Part shown: positions 1 to 9,687 of the stretch, one piece after another
Numbering within the stretch: the stretch's first letter is position 1
Layout of the letters: every line of letters starts with the position of its first letter
Assembly (NCBI RefSeq): GCF_900101295.1
Contig: NZ_FOIL01000015.1
Span: forward strand, 1 to 59,405
Direction of reading: 5' to 3'
DNA length: 59,405 bases
From: [Clostridium] aminophilum
GTDB lineage: Bacteria > Bacillota > Clostridia > Lachnospirales > Lachnospiraceae
Translations under genes and position numbers: made by a program
The notes under the pieces: model-generated
What the model was told of the DNA's origin: nothing
Databases searched by the model: none
The model's input: the letters and a program-made list of their open reading frames with translations, nothing else

Positions 1-333
1 GCCTGATGGAGGAACTGGACGAGTGGCTTCGCCACAGAATCCGGGCAGTGTATTGGAAACAATGGAAAAAGGTGCGAACGAGGTACAAGATGCTGAGGGC
101 GCTACACTTGCCAGAATGGAAGGTACATGAACTGGCTAACTGTAGAAAAGGCACATGGAGAGCGGCGATGATGCTAAACACAGCGCTTACCAAAACGATA
201 ATAGTGGTCAGACTCGGATATCCATCCTTATCAGCCCACTATCTAAAAGTTCGTGTAAACTATTGAACCGCCGTATACCGAACGGTACGTACGGTGGTGT
301 GGAAGGGGAGTGTCAAATCTCCCCTATCCGATC
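1..333 (+). mobile_element. Group II intron, 3' portion (maturase ORF C-terminus plus domains V/VI); the window opens inside the element
   Basis: The maturase ORF ends at 266. A domain V-like hairpin (ccgccgtatacc-gaac-ggtacgtacggtgg, about 268-298) resembles the GAGCCGUAU...ACGUACGGUUC consensus. It is followed by a domain VI hairpin (aggggag...ctcccct) with a bulged A at 326, about 7 nt before the predicted 3' end. Confidence 0.55.
6..266 (+). CDS. Group II intron reverse transcriptase/maturase, C-terminal (maturase/X domain) fragment, 5'-truncated by the window edge
   Basis: The translation LRHRIRAVYWKQWKK...LPEWKVHELANCRKGTWR has the typical basic C-terminal maturase region of group II intron IEPs. 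Intron domain V/VI follows directly. Confidence 0.65.
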   Translation: MEELDEWLRHRIRAVYWKQWKKVRTRYKMLRALHLPEWKVHELANCRKGTWRAAMMLNTALTKTIIVVRLGYPSLSAHYLKVRVNY

Positions 334-377
334 GTCATCTTCTGTGTCATAAGAAAAAACTCCGCGGGGATGCTTTA

Positions 378-809
378 TCATCCTTTTTTCGTGTACTTTT
401 CGTCGCAGTATTTGCAGCGGTAGGTTCCCTTTTCTTCATCGGCGAGATAGAAGACCTGCGGAAGCTCCTGCTCGATGGTGGTGATGCAGCGAGGGTTGTG
501 ACAGGAGATGATGTTGGTGACCATCTTCGGAAGAGAGAGTTTCTTCTTCTCTGCGACAACCCCGTCACGGATGATATTGACCGTGATGGTGTGATCGATA
601 TATCCCAGTGCGTCCAGATCGACGAGATCCAGTCCGCCCTCAATCTTGATGATGTCCTTGCGGCCCATGGCCTTGCTCTTTGCATTTTTGATGATGGCAA
701 CCTGGCATTCCAGTTTGTCCAGTCCGAGCATGAAATAGATGTCAAGGCTCCTGCCCGGTTTGATGTGATCGAGGACGATGCCTTCGCCCAGTCCGCTTAT
801 GTTCAGCAT
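378..809 (-). CDS. pyrI: Aspartate carbamoyltransferase regulatory subunit
   Basis: 143 aa with a C-terminal Zn-binding CxxC...CxxC (CHNPRC...CKYC) and an N-terminal allosteric domain. It lies directly downstream of pyrB with a 7-nt overlap. Confidence 0.88.
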   Translation of the reverse strand: MLNISGLGEGIVLDHIKPGRSLDIYFMLGLDKLECQVAIIKNAKSKAMGRKDIIKIEGGLDLVDLDALGYIDHTITVNIIRDGVVAEKKKLSLPKMVTNIISCHNPRCITTIEQELPQVFYLADEEKGTYRCKYCDEKYTKKG

Positions 810-1726
810 GGTTTTTCTACCCCCAGAAGTGTCATAATTAGTGCCATTCTCACGTAAACTCCGAACTGTACCTGCTTGAAGTAAGCGGCACGAGGATCAT
901 CGTCGACTTCCACGGTGATCTCGTTGACGCGCGGAAGCGGGTGGAGAACATACATGTCATCTTTGGCCAGTTTCATTTTCCGTGCATCCAGAATATAGAA
1001 ACCTTTCATGCGGAGATAGTCTTCCTCATTGAAGAAGCGCTCTCTCTGTACTCTGGTCATATAGAGAACATCCAGTTCCGGGATGACGTCATCCAGACTG
1101 ACGACTTCCTTGTACTCGATGCCCTTCGGATCCAGAACATCTTCTTTAATATAATCCGGCACACGCAGTTCCGGCGGCGAGATCAGGACAAAACGGATTC
1201 CCTCATAGCGGGAGAGCGCATTGATCAGGGAATGAACGGTACGGCCGAATTTCAAATCGCCGCACAGGCCGACGGTCATATGGTCCAGTCTTCCCTTTAA
1301 TGTACGGATGGTCATGAGATCGGTCAGTGTCTGGGTCGGATGCTGATGTCCGCCGTCTCCGGCATTGATTACCGGGATGCTGGATTTGGATGCTGCGACG
1401 ATGGCCGCACCTTCTTTCGGGTGACGGATCGCTGCGATATCAGCGAAACAGGAAATTACGCGGATGGTGTCCGATACGCTTTCGCCCTTTGAGGCGGAAC
1501 TGGACTGAGATGAAGAAAAGCCGATGACGCTTCCGCCGAGGTTCAGCATCGCTGTCTCAAAACTGAGGCGTGTCCGTGTGCTCGGCTCGTAGAAGAGCGT
1601 TGCAATCTTCTTTCTGTCACAAACGTGAGCGTATTTGTCCGGGTCCGACATGATATCTGTGGCGAGATCCAGAAGCTGATTGGTCTCCTCCACAGAAAAA
1701 TCCAGCGGATTAAGCATGTGTCTCAT
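803..1726 (-). CDS. pyrB: Aspartate carbamoyltransferase catalytic subunit
   Basis: 307 aa with the STRTR carbamoyl-phosphate motif, HPTQ and HPLP motifs; a classic ATCase fold signature. Confidence 0.92.
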   Translation of the reverse strand: MRHMLNPLDFSVEETNQLLDLATDIMSDPDKYAHVCDRKKIATLFYEPSTRTRLSFETAMLNLGGSVIGFSSSQSSSASKGESVSDTIRVISCFADIAAIRHPKEGAAIVAASKSSIPVINAGDGGHQHPTQTLTDLMTIRTLKGRLDHMTVGLCGDLKFGRTVHSLINALSRYEGIRFVLISPPELRVPDYIKEDVLDPKGIEYKEVVSLDDVIPELDVLYMTRVQRERFFNEEDYLRMKGFYILDARKMKLAKDDMYVLHPLPRVNEITVEVDDDPRAAYFKQVQFGVYVRMALIMTLLGVEKPC

Positions 1727-1981
1727 GTGATTCTCCTTTGGTGCCAGTCTTCAGTTGTCGGAATGATTATATAGCAAATGATCGGGAAATTCCACATGGG
1801 ATTCCGATGAGATCTTCGGTCAAAAAACAGACATTATTGGGTGGTTTTTGTAAGGATTAAGTAATAAGGCGGAATATGGTTTTTGTGGTAAACTATCCTA
1901 AGGTTAACCAAAGACGACGGAGAGAAGACCGGATTTGCGGTCAAGGCTTCCAATGGTTCGGAAAGAGAGAGGAGCGGTCAT

Positions 1982-2668
1982 ATGGAAGAGAAACCGGTGA
2001 TCCGGGTGAAAAATCTTTATAAGATCTATCACGTCGGAGAGACGGCGGTTCATGCACTGGACGGACTCTCTTTCGACATCCGGCGGGGCGAATTCTGTGC
2101 CATCGTCGGGCCATCCGGATCGGGAAAGTCCACCCTTTTGAATATGCTGGCCGGGCTGGAACCGCCGTCCCGCGGAGAAATCGTGATTGCGGGAACGCAC
2201 ATCGAGCACATGACCGAAAACGAGCTGGTCGCATTCCGCAGGGAGCGGGTCGGGTTCATTTTTCAGTCCTACAATCTTCTTCCGACGATGAATGCGCAGG
2301 AAAATGTGGCATTTCCGCTCTCGTTCCGGCGCATGCGGCCGGAGGAGCGTATGCGGATTGCGCAAGAGTATCTGAAGCTCGTCGGTCTCGGAAAGGTCAT
2401 GGACCATATGCCGGGACAGATGTCCGGCGGTCAGCAGCAGCGTGTCGGCATCGCCCGGGCGCTGGCGGTAAAGCCGGAAATTATCTTTGCGGACGAGCCC
2501 ACCGGCAATCTGGACTCCCGCACGACCATGGACGTGCTGAAACTGATGCAGAGTATTGTCCGGGAACAGCGTCAGACGCTGGTCATGGTAACGCATGACA
2601 ATCAGATTGCGTCATACGCGGACCGGCGTTTTCATATCGTGGACGGAAAGATCCACAGGATTGACTGA
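1982..2668 (+). CDS. ABC transporter ATP-binding protein (MacB/LolD/FtsE-like)
   Basis: Walker [13 protein letters not shown] signature [15 protein letters not shown], Walker [14 protein letters not shown]-loop VTHD. Confidence 0.92.
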   Translation: MEEKPVIRVKNLYKIYHVGETAVHALDGLSFDIRRGEFCAIVGPSGSGKSTLLNMLAGLEPPSRGEIVIAGTHIEHMTENELVAFRRERVGFIFQSYNLLPTMNAQENVAFPLSFRRMRPEERMRIAQEYLKLVGLGKVMDHMPGQMSGGQQQRVGIARALAVKPEIIFADEPTGNLDSRTTMDVLKLMQSIVREQRQTLVMVTHDNQIASYADRRFHIVDGKIHRID

Positions 2669-2778
2669 CGGGAACGGATTAGGAAGACCGTACGGGGGGC
2701 GCTGTTGGCAGCTCCTTCGGATAAGAACGGTTCCGGCCGGGTTCGAAACCAAAAGGTCGAATCGGCCGGTGAACGAAG

Positions 2779-4776
2779 ATGAATGAATCGGGGAATGGAA
2801 ACATGAAAAAGAAATGGTGGAAGTATGTCGTTCGGACCGCACAGGTTCTTTTGGCCGCGGCGGTGATCAGTTTTGCGCCGGCGGCGGATCAGAATGCGGG
2901 ACCGGCAGATTATACGGCACTGGGAACTCTCTTTGACGGGGGATTGCCGATGTGCGCCGAGGCGGCCATGCTGGATGTGACAGCCTTTAACGACGGTAGA
3001 ATCACGACCAGCAAGGTTCCGCGGGCAAGAGCGGGACAGAAGATCAAGATCTCGATGGTTGTTCACGGCGATGAGTCCTATGATATCAAGAATCTGAAGG
3101 TGACGCTCTGCACGCCGGATGAGTCCCAGAGCATTATGTCGGATCAGAATCTTATCCGTGAGAAAGATGATGAGGATGAGGAAGACACGTACTTCCGCTA
3201 TGTGGATTCCCAGTATCCGTTTGAGGCAGATTCCGATACATTTAAGGAGAAGACCATCGGAAACATCGGAAAGGGAAAGGCGAAGTCGGTCACATTGACC
3301 TACCGGCTGAGAAAAGATCTCTCGGAAGGATATTATCAGGCCTTTTTCCGTTTTGAGAGTGACGGGGACGCGCATGTGCCCAACTGGACGAGCGGCGTCA
3401 ATATCTGGGTTTCCCCGGCATCGGATAAGGACAAGGATGATGAGGACAAGTCGACGCTGGATTATGATTTCCGGATCGGCGATGATCAGTTTACGCCGTA
3501 TGCCCTGTATTCCGAGACCATGGAATTCGATGTCAACTTCACCAATATCGGTCAGCGAAAGGCCCATGACGTCATCGTTGACATGCAGGTGGACGGGGAC
3601 GTCACAAAATTCCCCTTCAATATCAATGAGGGAAATTACGAGCGAAAACTCGGCGATATGGAATCCGGTGCGAGAACCTCCGCCCATTACAGTATGGCGG
3701 TCAGGGACGACGTGATGGGAGGTTTTTATCCGATCCATTATCAGATCCGCTGGCGGGAAGAGGAAAACGGCGAATATTCCGAGCCGAAGGATCTGGTGTT
3801 CTACGTCCGTGTAAAGGGCAAAAAGGATGACAACGATCTGGATAAAGACGCGGGCGAGCAGGACCGCAGCAAGGCGCGAATTGTGGTGGATTCCTTCCGC
3901 ACCGAGCCGGAAGAGGTCTATGCCGGTCAGCCGTTTGAACTTCATGTGACGATGAAAAATGCGTCCGGCAGCATCGGTGCATCGAATATCATGCTGAATT
4001 TCGTGTCGGAAGAGGTGGAATCCACGCCGATCTTCACATCGTCCAGCGGCGGGTCCAGCAAGGTGATCAACAGCCTCGGCCCAAACGGGTCTTCGGAGCT
4101 GGTGCTGCAGTATACTCCGTCGCCCATTGCGGCGCAGAAGTCGTATAAGATGACGATCAAGGAAGTCTACGACAGCCCGGAGTTCAAGAATGCCTCCGCG
4201 GAAGTCAGCATTGCCATCCCGGTCAAACAGGAACCGCGTTTTACAACCGGAACCATTGAAGTGATGCCGGATACGGTGTCCGTGGGCAATGAATCCAATG
4301 TCATGTTCGGAATCAATAACACGGGAAAGGTGATTCTCTACAATGTGACGGCGCGCTTTGAGGGGGCGTCCATTGAAACCCGTGATGCTTATGTCGGCAA
4401 TATCAAGCCCGGCGAGACCGGAAATGTGGATGCTATGCTGAAGGGCATTGCTCCGACGGAGGATGACGGAAAGATCAGGATCATCGTTTCCTATGAGGAC
4501 GAAAACGGCGAGATCACCGAGTCGGAGAAGGAACTGACACTGATGGTCACTGATCTGGCACCGGAGATGGATTACACGGAGATGGAGCCGGAAGTCCAGG
4601 AGGATACCGGATCCGGCCGGAAGATGCTGGTTGTGGCGGCTCTCATCGGCGCGGCGGCTGCGGCGGGAATCTTCTTCTGGCACAGAAAACGGAAGAAGAA
4701 AGAAGCTGAGAGGAAGAGACGGGAAGAGGAAGCCATTGACGGCGAGGACGGTCAGGACAATACTTCCGGTCAGTAA
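2779..4776 (+). CDS. Large secreted/cell-surface protein (COG1361/CARDB-like beta-sandwich repeats) with a C-terminal TM anchor and a basic tail. The likely true start is MKKKWW at 2803.
   Basis: N-terminal signal/TM (VLLAAAVISFAPAA). There are 4-5 repeated roughly 100-aa modules with a CARDB-like signature (N-x-G-x-x-x-A...V-x-V), separated by acidic linkers (DDEDEED, KDKDDEDK). The C-terminal hydrophobic helix is followed by RKRKKKEAERKRREEE. The gene sits between the ABC ATPase and the FtsX permease. Confidence 0.7.
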   Translation: MNESGNGNMKKKWWKYVVRTAQVLLAAAVISFAPAADQNAGPADYTALGTLFDGGLPMCAEAAMLDVTAFNDGRITTSKVPRARAGQKIKISMVVHGDESYDIKNLKVTLCTPDESQSIMSDQNLIREKDDEDEEDTYFRYVDSQYPFEADSDTFKEKTIGNIGKGKAKSVTLTYRLRKDLSEGYYQAFFRFESDGDAHVPNWTSGVNIWVSPASDKDKDDEDKSTLDYDFRIGDDQFTPYALYSETMEFDVNFTNIGQRKAHDVIVDMQVDGDVTKFPFNINEGNYERKLGDMESGARTSAHYSMAVRDDVMGGFYPIHYQIRWREEENGEYSEPKDLVFYVRVKGKKDDNDLDKDAGEQDRSKARIVVDSFRTEPEEVYAGQPFELHVTMKNASGSIGASNIMLNFVSEEVESTPIFTSSSGGSSKVINSLGPNGSSELVLQYTPSPIAAQKSYKMTIKEVYDSPEFKNASAEVSIAIPVKQEPRFTTGTIEVMPDTVSVGNESNVMFGINNTGKVILYNVTARFEGASIETRDAYVGNIKPGETGNVDAMLKGIAPTEDDGKIRIIVSYEDENGEITESEKELTLMVTDLAPEMDYTEMEPEVQEDTGSGRKMLVVAALIGAAAAAGIFFWHRKRKKKEAERKRREEEAIDGEDGQDNTSGQ

Positions 4777-4834
4777 AAGCGTGAACTGAGGCACCGCGGA
4801 AAATGCGGCCGGATCACAGAATATAGAAACAGAG

Positions 4835-4948
4835 AAACACGCCGGATACGGGAAAATGCCGGAATCAGAGAGATTCGCCGGTGACGGGGAAAAACGTCAG
4901 ATACAGTGAAACACGCCGGAATCAGAGAGATTCGCCGGTGACAGGGAA
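4835..4948. repeat. Tandem direct repeat (about 40-bp unit, two copies) in the 5' region of the FtsX permease gene
   Basis: gaaacacgccgga[17-nt insert]atcagagagattcgccggtgacgggga (4835-4890) recurs as gaaacacgccggaatcagagagattcgccggtgacaggga (4909-4948). The SD AAGGAGG of the permease gene follows immediately. Confidence 0.7.
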
Positions 4949-4967
4949 GAAAGGAGGCCGCAGAGAT

Positions 4968-6341
4968 ATGAGTTTTCGGGATCTTTTGAAAATCAGTCTC
5001 GGGAGTCTCAGCAGACGTCGTCTGAGAACATTTCTCACTGTGCTCGGCGTATTCATCGGCGTGACGTCCATTGTGGTCATGCTGAGCCTTGGAATCGGGC
5101 TGAAGCAGTTCTTTATGTCCTCCGTCGAGCAGCTCGGAAGTCTGACGCAGGTCACGGTATATAATTACGGAGACACGGCGCAGGACAAGAATGCGGAGAC
5201 GAAGTTTTTGACGGACGAGAAGGTGGACAGTTTCCGATCCATTCCACATGTGCAGGATGCATATCCTGTTCTGGAGACCAGCGTTCTCATGAAGCAGGGC
5301 CCCTATGAGGCAAATATCACCCTGACCGGAATTCCGATCCGGGCCATGCGGTCCATCAATCTTCAGGAGGGAACGTACCCGAAGGAATCGGATAACGGTT
5401 TGAAACTTCTGGTCGGCAATATGGTCGGCACCAATTTCTATGATCCGAAGGCGTCCAACCGGTATGATTACGGAATGGACGGTCTGGAGCAGAAGGTTGA
5501 TTTCCGGCAGCCGATGTTCACCATTTTCGATACGGCCGCCTATTACGCGGCGAAAAATCCGGCATCGGGGGACGACGGAACCAAACCGACCGCTCCCAAA
5601 AAGTATATTCTGGACACAGTGGGGTATATTGAAGGAAAACCCGGATCCTGGAACCGCTACAGTTACAGTGTGATTGCGGATCTGGATCAGCTGAAAGCGC
5701 AACTTCGGAAAATATACGGAAAACGGGCGATTCCGGACCAGCCGACGAACAAAAAGGGAAAACCCTACCGCTATTTTGTCTACAATGAGGCGAGAGTCGA
5801 CGTCGATGACATGGAAGAAGTCGAGAACGTACAGAAGACGCTGCAGGATATGGGGTATCAGGCGACAAGTCAGATGGAATATCTGAAGCAGACGCAGCAG
5901 ACCTCGAACATGATTCAGGCTGTCCTCGGCGGAATCGGAGCCGTTTCGCTTCTGGTTGCCGCCATCGGCATTGCCAACACGATGATGATGTCGATCTATG
6001 AGCGGACCAAGGAAATCGGCATCATGAAGGTTCTCGGATGCGATATGCGGGACATCCGCAGCATGTTTCTGATCGAGGCGGGGCTCATTGGCCTTATGGG
6101 AGGCGTATTCGGGCTGGTGTTCAGTTACGGAATCTCCGTGATTATCAACCGCCTTCTCGGCGGGGCCATCGCCGGGAGTGAGATGGGAGGCGAGGTGGCT
6201 TCCGTTTCCATATCGGTCATTCCGATCTGGCTTGCGGCAGCGGCTCTCGTCTTCGCCGTTCTTGTGGGAATGGCAGCGGGATTCTTCCCGGCCCAGCGGG
6301 CGATGAAACTCAGTCCCCTCAGCGCAATCCGCAATGAATAA
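4968..6341 (+). CDS. ABC transporter permease, FtsX/MacB family, with a large extracytoplasmic domain
   Basis: The N-terminal TM (LRTFLTVLGVFIGVTSIVVMLSLG) is followed by a roughly 250-aa extracellular domain, then the conserved FtsX C-terminal 3-TM bundle (GGIGAVSLLVAAIGIANTMMMSIYERTKEIGIMKVLG). An SD AAGGAGG lies 7 nt upstream of the ATG at 4968. The track ORF starts earlier, at 4881. Confidence 0.88.
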   Translation: MSFRDLLKISLGSLSRRRLRTFLTVLGVFIGVTSIVVMLSLGIGLKQFFMSSVEQLGSLTQVTVYNYGDTAQDKNAETKFLTDEKVDSFRSIPHVQDAYPVLETSVLMKQGPYEANITLTGIPIRAMRSINLQEGTYPKESDNGLKLLVGNMVGTNFYDPKASNRYDYGMDGLEQKVDFRQPMFTIFDTAAYYAAKNPASGDDGTKPTAPKKYILDTVGYIEGKPGSWNRYSYSVIADLDQLKAQLRKIYGKRAIPDQPTNKKGKPYRYFVYNEARVDVDDMEEVENVQKTLQDMGYQATSQMEYLKQTQQTSNMIQAVLGGIGAVSLLVAAIGIANTMMMSIYERTKEIGIMKVLGCDMRDIRSMFLIEAGLIGLMGGVFGLVFSYGISVIINRLLGGAIAGSEMGGEVASVSISVIPIWLAAAALVFAVLVGMAAGFFPAQRAMKLSPLSAIRNE

Positions 6342-6390
6342 CGAAAAAACAGAGATAAGGAAACGCTGATTGAATCAGTGAATCAAAAGA

Positions 6391-6435
6391 GGGATCCCCG
6401 GAGCCGGCTGTCTAAGGCCGGCTCTGGGGATTTTT
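6391..6435 (+). terminator. Rho-independent terminator after the ABC/FtsX operon
   Basis: A 13-bp GC-rich stem (ccccggagccggc...gccggctctgggg) is followed by ATTTTT. Confidence 0.75.
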
Positions 6436-6569
6436 GGATCTGCCACGGCTCATGCCTGAAATCGCGGACCATGGGACAAAAAAATCCGGAATTCGCGGTT
6501 CGGATCATAAAAATGGGTGTAGAATCAGAATGTGAGACTCCATGAAAACAGGTTATGTCCAATATGAGG

Positions 6570-6750
6570 AATGTGCATAATAATGCACGTTCAACTGATT
6601 TATACAGCATTTAATGCATATTGCGTTCCGGGAACAATGTTGTAAAAATGTCCATATATGCAAAGAAAGTGGATGAAAACCCCAAATAATTGCATAAAAA
6701 TGTAATAATATGCAATAAATATACAAAATATGGTTGCATAATATTCAGCG
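6570..6750. promoter_or_regulatory. AT-rich promoter region with four ARG-box-like palindromes (putative ArgR/AhrC operators) upstream of argG
   Basis: GTGCATAATAATGCAC (6572-6589) is a perfect 6-4-6 palindrome. TTGCATA-12nt-TATGCAA (6689-6716) is a perfect inverted repeat. Two additional TGCATA/ATGCAT half-sites lie at 6613-6625 and 6734-6748. These resemble the ARG box TNTGAATWWWWATTCANW and sit 130-310 bp upstream of the first gene of the arg cluster. Confidence 0.5.
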
Positions 6751-6883
6751 AAGAGATATAATCGGTTCAACTTCAGGAGAGATCACCCGGAGGAATCGTA
6801 CAGCGGAATCCGATAACTTCGGATAAGGACGAAGCGGGGCCGCCGACCGTAACTCAAATATCATGACAGGGAGGATATAGACT

Positions 6884-8137
6884 ATGGCAGAGAAAAAGTA
6901 TAACAAAATCGTGCTTGCATATTCCGGAGGACTGGACACATCCGTTCTCATTCCGTGGCTGAAAGAACACTACGGCGCGGAGATCATCGCGGTGTCGGCG
7001 GATGTCGGTCAGGGAGCGGAGCTGGACGGACTGGAAGAGAAGGCTAAGAAGACAGGCGCTTCCAAGCTTTATATCCTCGATCTGAAGAAAGAGTTTGCGG
7101 AAGAGTACATTGTCCCCACCATCAAGGCCGGCGGAGAGTATGAGAAATACCTTCTCGGAACATCCTTTGCACGCCCGATCATCGCAAAGAGAATCGTCGA
7201 GATTGCAAAGAAAGAGGGCGCGGACGCCATCGCTCACGGATGCACCGGAAAGGGCAACGATCAGGTTCGCTTTGAACTTGCGATCAAGCATTTCGCTCCG
7301 GCTATGGATGTGATTGCTCCGTGGCGTTTCTGGGAACTGGATTCCCGTGAAAAGGAGATCGAGTATGCGGAAGCCCACAACATTCCGCTGAAGATCAGCA
7401 AGGAAACCAACTATTCCAAGGATAAGAACCTCTGGCATCTGAGCCATGAAGGTCTGGATCTGGAAGACCCGGCGAATGAGGCTCCGATCAATAAGGAGGG
7501 ATTCCTGGAACTCGGCGTATCTCCGGAAAATGCTCCGGACAAGGCAACTTACGTGGAGATCCATTTTGAAAAAGGTGTTCCGACCGCAGCGGACGGCAAG
7601 GAGATGGATGCACTCAGCCTGATCGAGTATCTGAACGGGATCGGCGGAGCGAACGGAATCGGTATTCTGGACATCGTCGAGAACCGTCTGGTCGGAATGA
7701 AGAGCCGCGGTGTATACGAGACTCCGGGCGGAACCATCCTCTATGCGGCGCACAGCAAACTGGAAGAGATCACACTGGACAAGGAGACATCCCACTTCAA
7801 GGCGATTGCGGCACAGAAGTTCGGTGAGCTTGTCTACAACGGTCAGTGGTACACCCCGCTTCGCAAGGCACTGAGCGCTTTCGTGGACTCCACACAGGAG
7901 ACTGTAACCGGCGACGTAAAGCTGAAACTGTACAAGGGCAACATTATCCCGGCTTCGGTGACAAGCCCGTACAGCCTGTATTCCTCCGGAATGGCGACCT
8001 TCGATGAGGATGACTGCTACAATCAGGCAGATTCCGCCGGCTTTATCAACCTTTACGGCCTTCCGCTGAAGGTTCGCGCCCTGAATGACGCGGAACTTGC
8101 GGCAAAGACCGGAAAGCATTTCCCGGACGTGGAATAA
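6884..8137 (+). CDS. argG: Argininosuccinate synthase
   Basis: N-terminal PP-loop AYSGGLDTS and a full-length match to ArgG architecture (417 aa). Confidence 0.93.
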   Translation: MAEKKYNKIVLAYSGGLDTSVLIPWLKEHYGAEIIAVSADVGQGAELDGLEEKAKKTGASKLYILDLKKEFAEEYIVPTIKAGGEYEKYLLGTSFARPIIAKRIVEIAKKEGADAIAHGCTGKGNDQVRFELAIKHFAPAMDVIAPWRFWELDSREKEIEYAEAHNIPLKISKETNYSKDKNLWHLSHEGLDLEDPANEAPINKEGFLELGVSPENAPDKATYVEIHFEKGVPTAADGKEMDALSLIEYLNGIGGANGIGILDIVENRLVGMKSRGVYETPGGTILYAAHSKLEEITLDKETSHFKAIAAQKFGELVYNGQWYTPLRKALSAFVDSTQETVTGDVKLKLYKGNIIPASVTSPYSLYSSGMATFDEDDCYNQADSAGFINLYGLPLKVRALNDAELAAKTGKHFPDVE

Positions 8138-8260
8138 GAAGAACTCCGAAAGGGAGGAAAGCCGCCGTCATGCTGCAGCCCGGCAACGTCAGAGAAGACC
8201 GCCGGGCTGCAGATGACATACGGACAAAACAGAACGGAATTCAGGAAGTGAGGACACCAG

Positions 8261-9655
8261 ATGGCAAAAATGTGGGCTGGACGATTCAGCAAGACAACCG
8301 ATAAGACCGTGGATGATTTCAATTCATCCCTTCCGTTTGACAACCGTCTTTATCGGGAGGATATCACCGGTTCGACGGCACATGCGAAGATGCTGGGAAA
8401 GCAGGGAATCATCCCGCAGGACGAGGCGGACCGCATCGTGAAGGAACTCGGCGTGATTCTGAAAGAGATCGAAGAGGGAAAGATTGCATTTTCCGATGAT
8501 GCGGAAGATATTCATATGTTTGTGGAGCAGATCCTGACCGAGCGGATCGGCGACGCGGGCAAACGGCTTCACACCTCGAGATCAAGAAACGATCAGGTTG
8601 CGCTGGACATGAGGCTGTATGTCAAAAAAGAGATCCGGAATATTCACGCGCTGATCCTCGACATGATGCAGGAGCTGAACAAATCAGCCGCAGAGCACAC
8701 GGAGACGGTGATGCCGGGATACACGCATCTTCAGAGAGCACAGCCGGTCACCTTCGGCCACTACATGATGGCTTATGCAAACATGCTGAAGCGGGATGTA
8801 AAGCGGCTGGAAAACACCTACGAGCTGATGGATGAAATGCCGCTGGGATCGGGCGCACTGGCCGGCACAACCTATCCCATCGACCGGGACTATGTTCGGG
8901 AGCAGCTGGGATTTGCGGCGGTGACCGAAAACTCGCTGGACGGGGTGTCGGACCGTGACTACTGCATTGAGCTATGCTCGGATCTGTCGATTCTGATGAT
9001 GCATCTTTCCCGTCTGTCGGAGGAGATCATCCTCTGGTGCTCCTGGGAATTCAAGTTTATCGAACTGGATGACGCATTTTCCACCGGAAGCTCCATCATG
9101 CCCCAGAAAAAGAACCCGGATGTGTGTGAGCTGATCCGCGGAAAGACCGGAAGAGTGTACGGCGCACTGATGACGTGCCTGACCTTCCTGAAGGGTCTCC
9201 CACTTGCCTACAACAAGGACATGCAGGAAGATAAGGAAGCGGTGTTCGACGCCATTGACACGGTAAAAATGTGCCTGAAGGTTCTGAAACCGATGTTTGA
9301 GACCATGACCGTTCTCCCGGAGAACATGAAGAGAGCAGCCAGCCGCGGATTTATCAATGCGACGGACTGTGCGGACTATCTCACCAAAAAGGGCGTTCCG
9401 TTCCGCGATGCGTACCATATCACCGGACAGCTTGTGGGCGAGTGCGTAAAGAAAGAGAAGGGACTGGGCGATCTGACACTGGAAGAATTTAAGGCTCACT
9501 CCGAAATATTCGGCGAGGATGTCTACCATGCCATTGACCTTTCCACCTGCGTAAAGGAGAGAAAGTCATTCGGCGGACCGGCACCGGAGGAAGTTGAGCG
9601 GCAGATCGGTGTGATCGGCAGATTTATCGAGGCACACCGGGCATTTGAATCATAA
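8261..9655 (+). CDS. argH: Argininosuccinate lyase
   Basis: 464 aa. The fumarate-lyase family signature GSSIMPQKKNPD is present, as is the N-terminal MWAGRFSKTTD typical of ArgH. Confidence 0.93.
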   Translation: MAKMWAGRFSKTTDKTVDDFNSSLPFDNRLYREDITGSTAHAKMLGKQGIIPQDEADRIVKELGVILKEIEEGKIAFSDDAEDIHMFVEQILTERIGDAGKRLHTSRSRNDQVALDMRLYVKKEIRNIHALILDMMQELNKSAAEHTETVMPGYTHLQRAQPVTFGHYMMAYANMLKRDVKRLENTYELMDEMPLGSGALAGTTYPIDRDYVREQLGFAAVTENSLDGVSDRDYCIELCSDLSILMMHLSRLSEEIILWCSWEFKFIELDDAFSTGSSIMPQKKNPDVCELIRGKTGRVYGALMTCLTFLKGLPLAYNKDMQEDKEAVFDAIDTVKMCLKVLKPMFETMTVLPENMKRAASRGFINATDCADYLTKKGVPFRDAYHITGQLVGECVKKEKGLGDLTLEEFKAHSEIFGEDVYHAIDLSTCVKERKSFGGPAPEEVERQIGVIGRFIEAHRAFES

Positions 9656-9687
9656 CCGAAGACCACGGAAGAGAAAGGCGGTATCCT

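Noticed and set aside
1727-1981. PyrR-binding attenuator upstream of pyrB
   Set aside because: On the pyrB (minus) strand I found neither a UCCAGAGAGG-type PyrR loop nor a convincing terminator/antiterminator pair, only weak 4-bp stems. This is probably just divergent promoters of pyrBI and the ABC operon.
2632-4794. A 720-aa ORF on the minus strand antisense to the surface-protein gene. Similar long antisense ORFs occur at 6854-8119, 13990-15522, 19312-20640, 22218-24089, 26984-28351, 29697-32267, 36787-38475, 40020-42227, 42246-43889 (+), 44849-45904, 47450-48610, 51387-52247 and 53262-54230.
   Set aside because: These are high-GC shadow ORFs. Each overlaps a sense-strand gene that has unambiguous family motifs. 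Their translations are Arg/Gly/Ser/His/Leu-rich low-complexity sequence without recognisable domains. They lack SDs.
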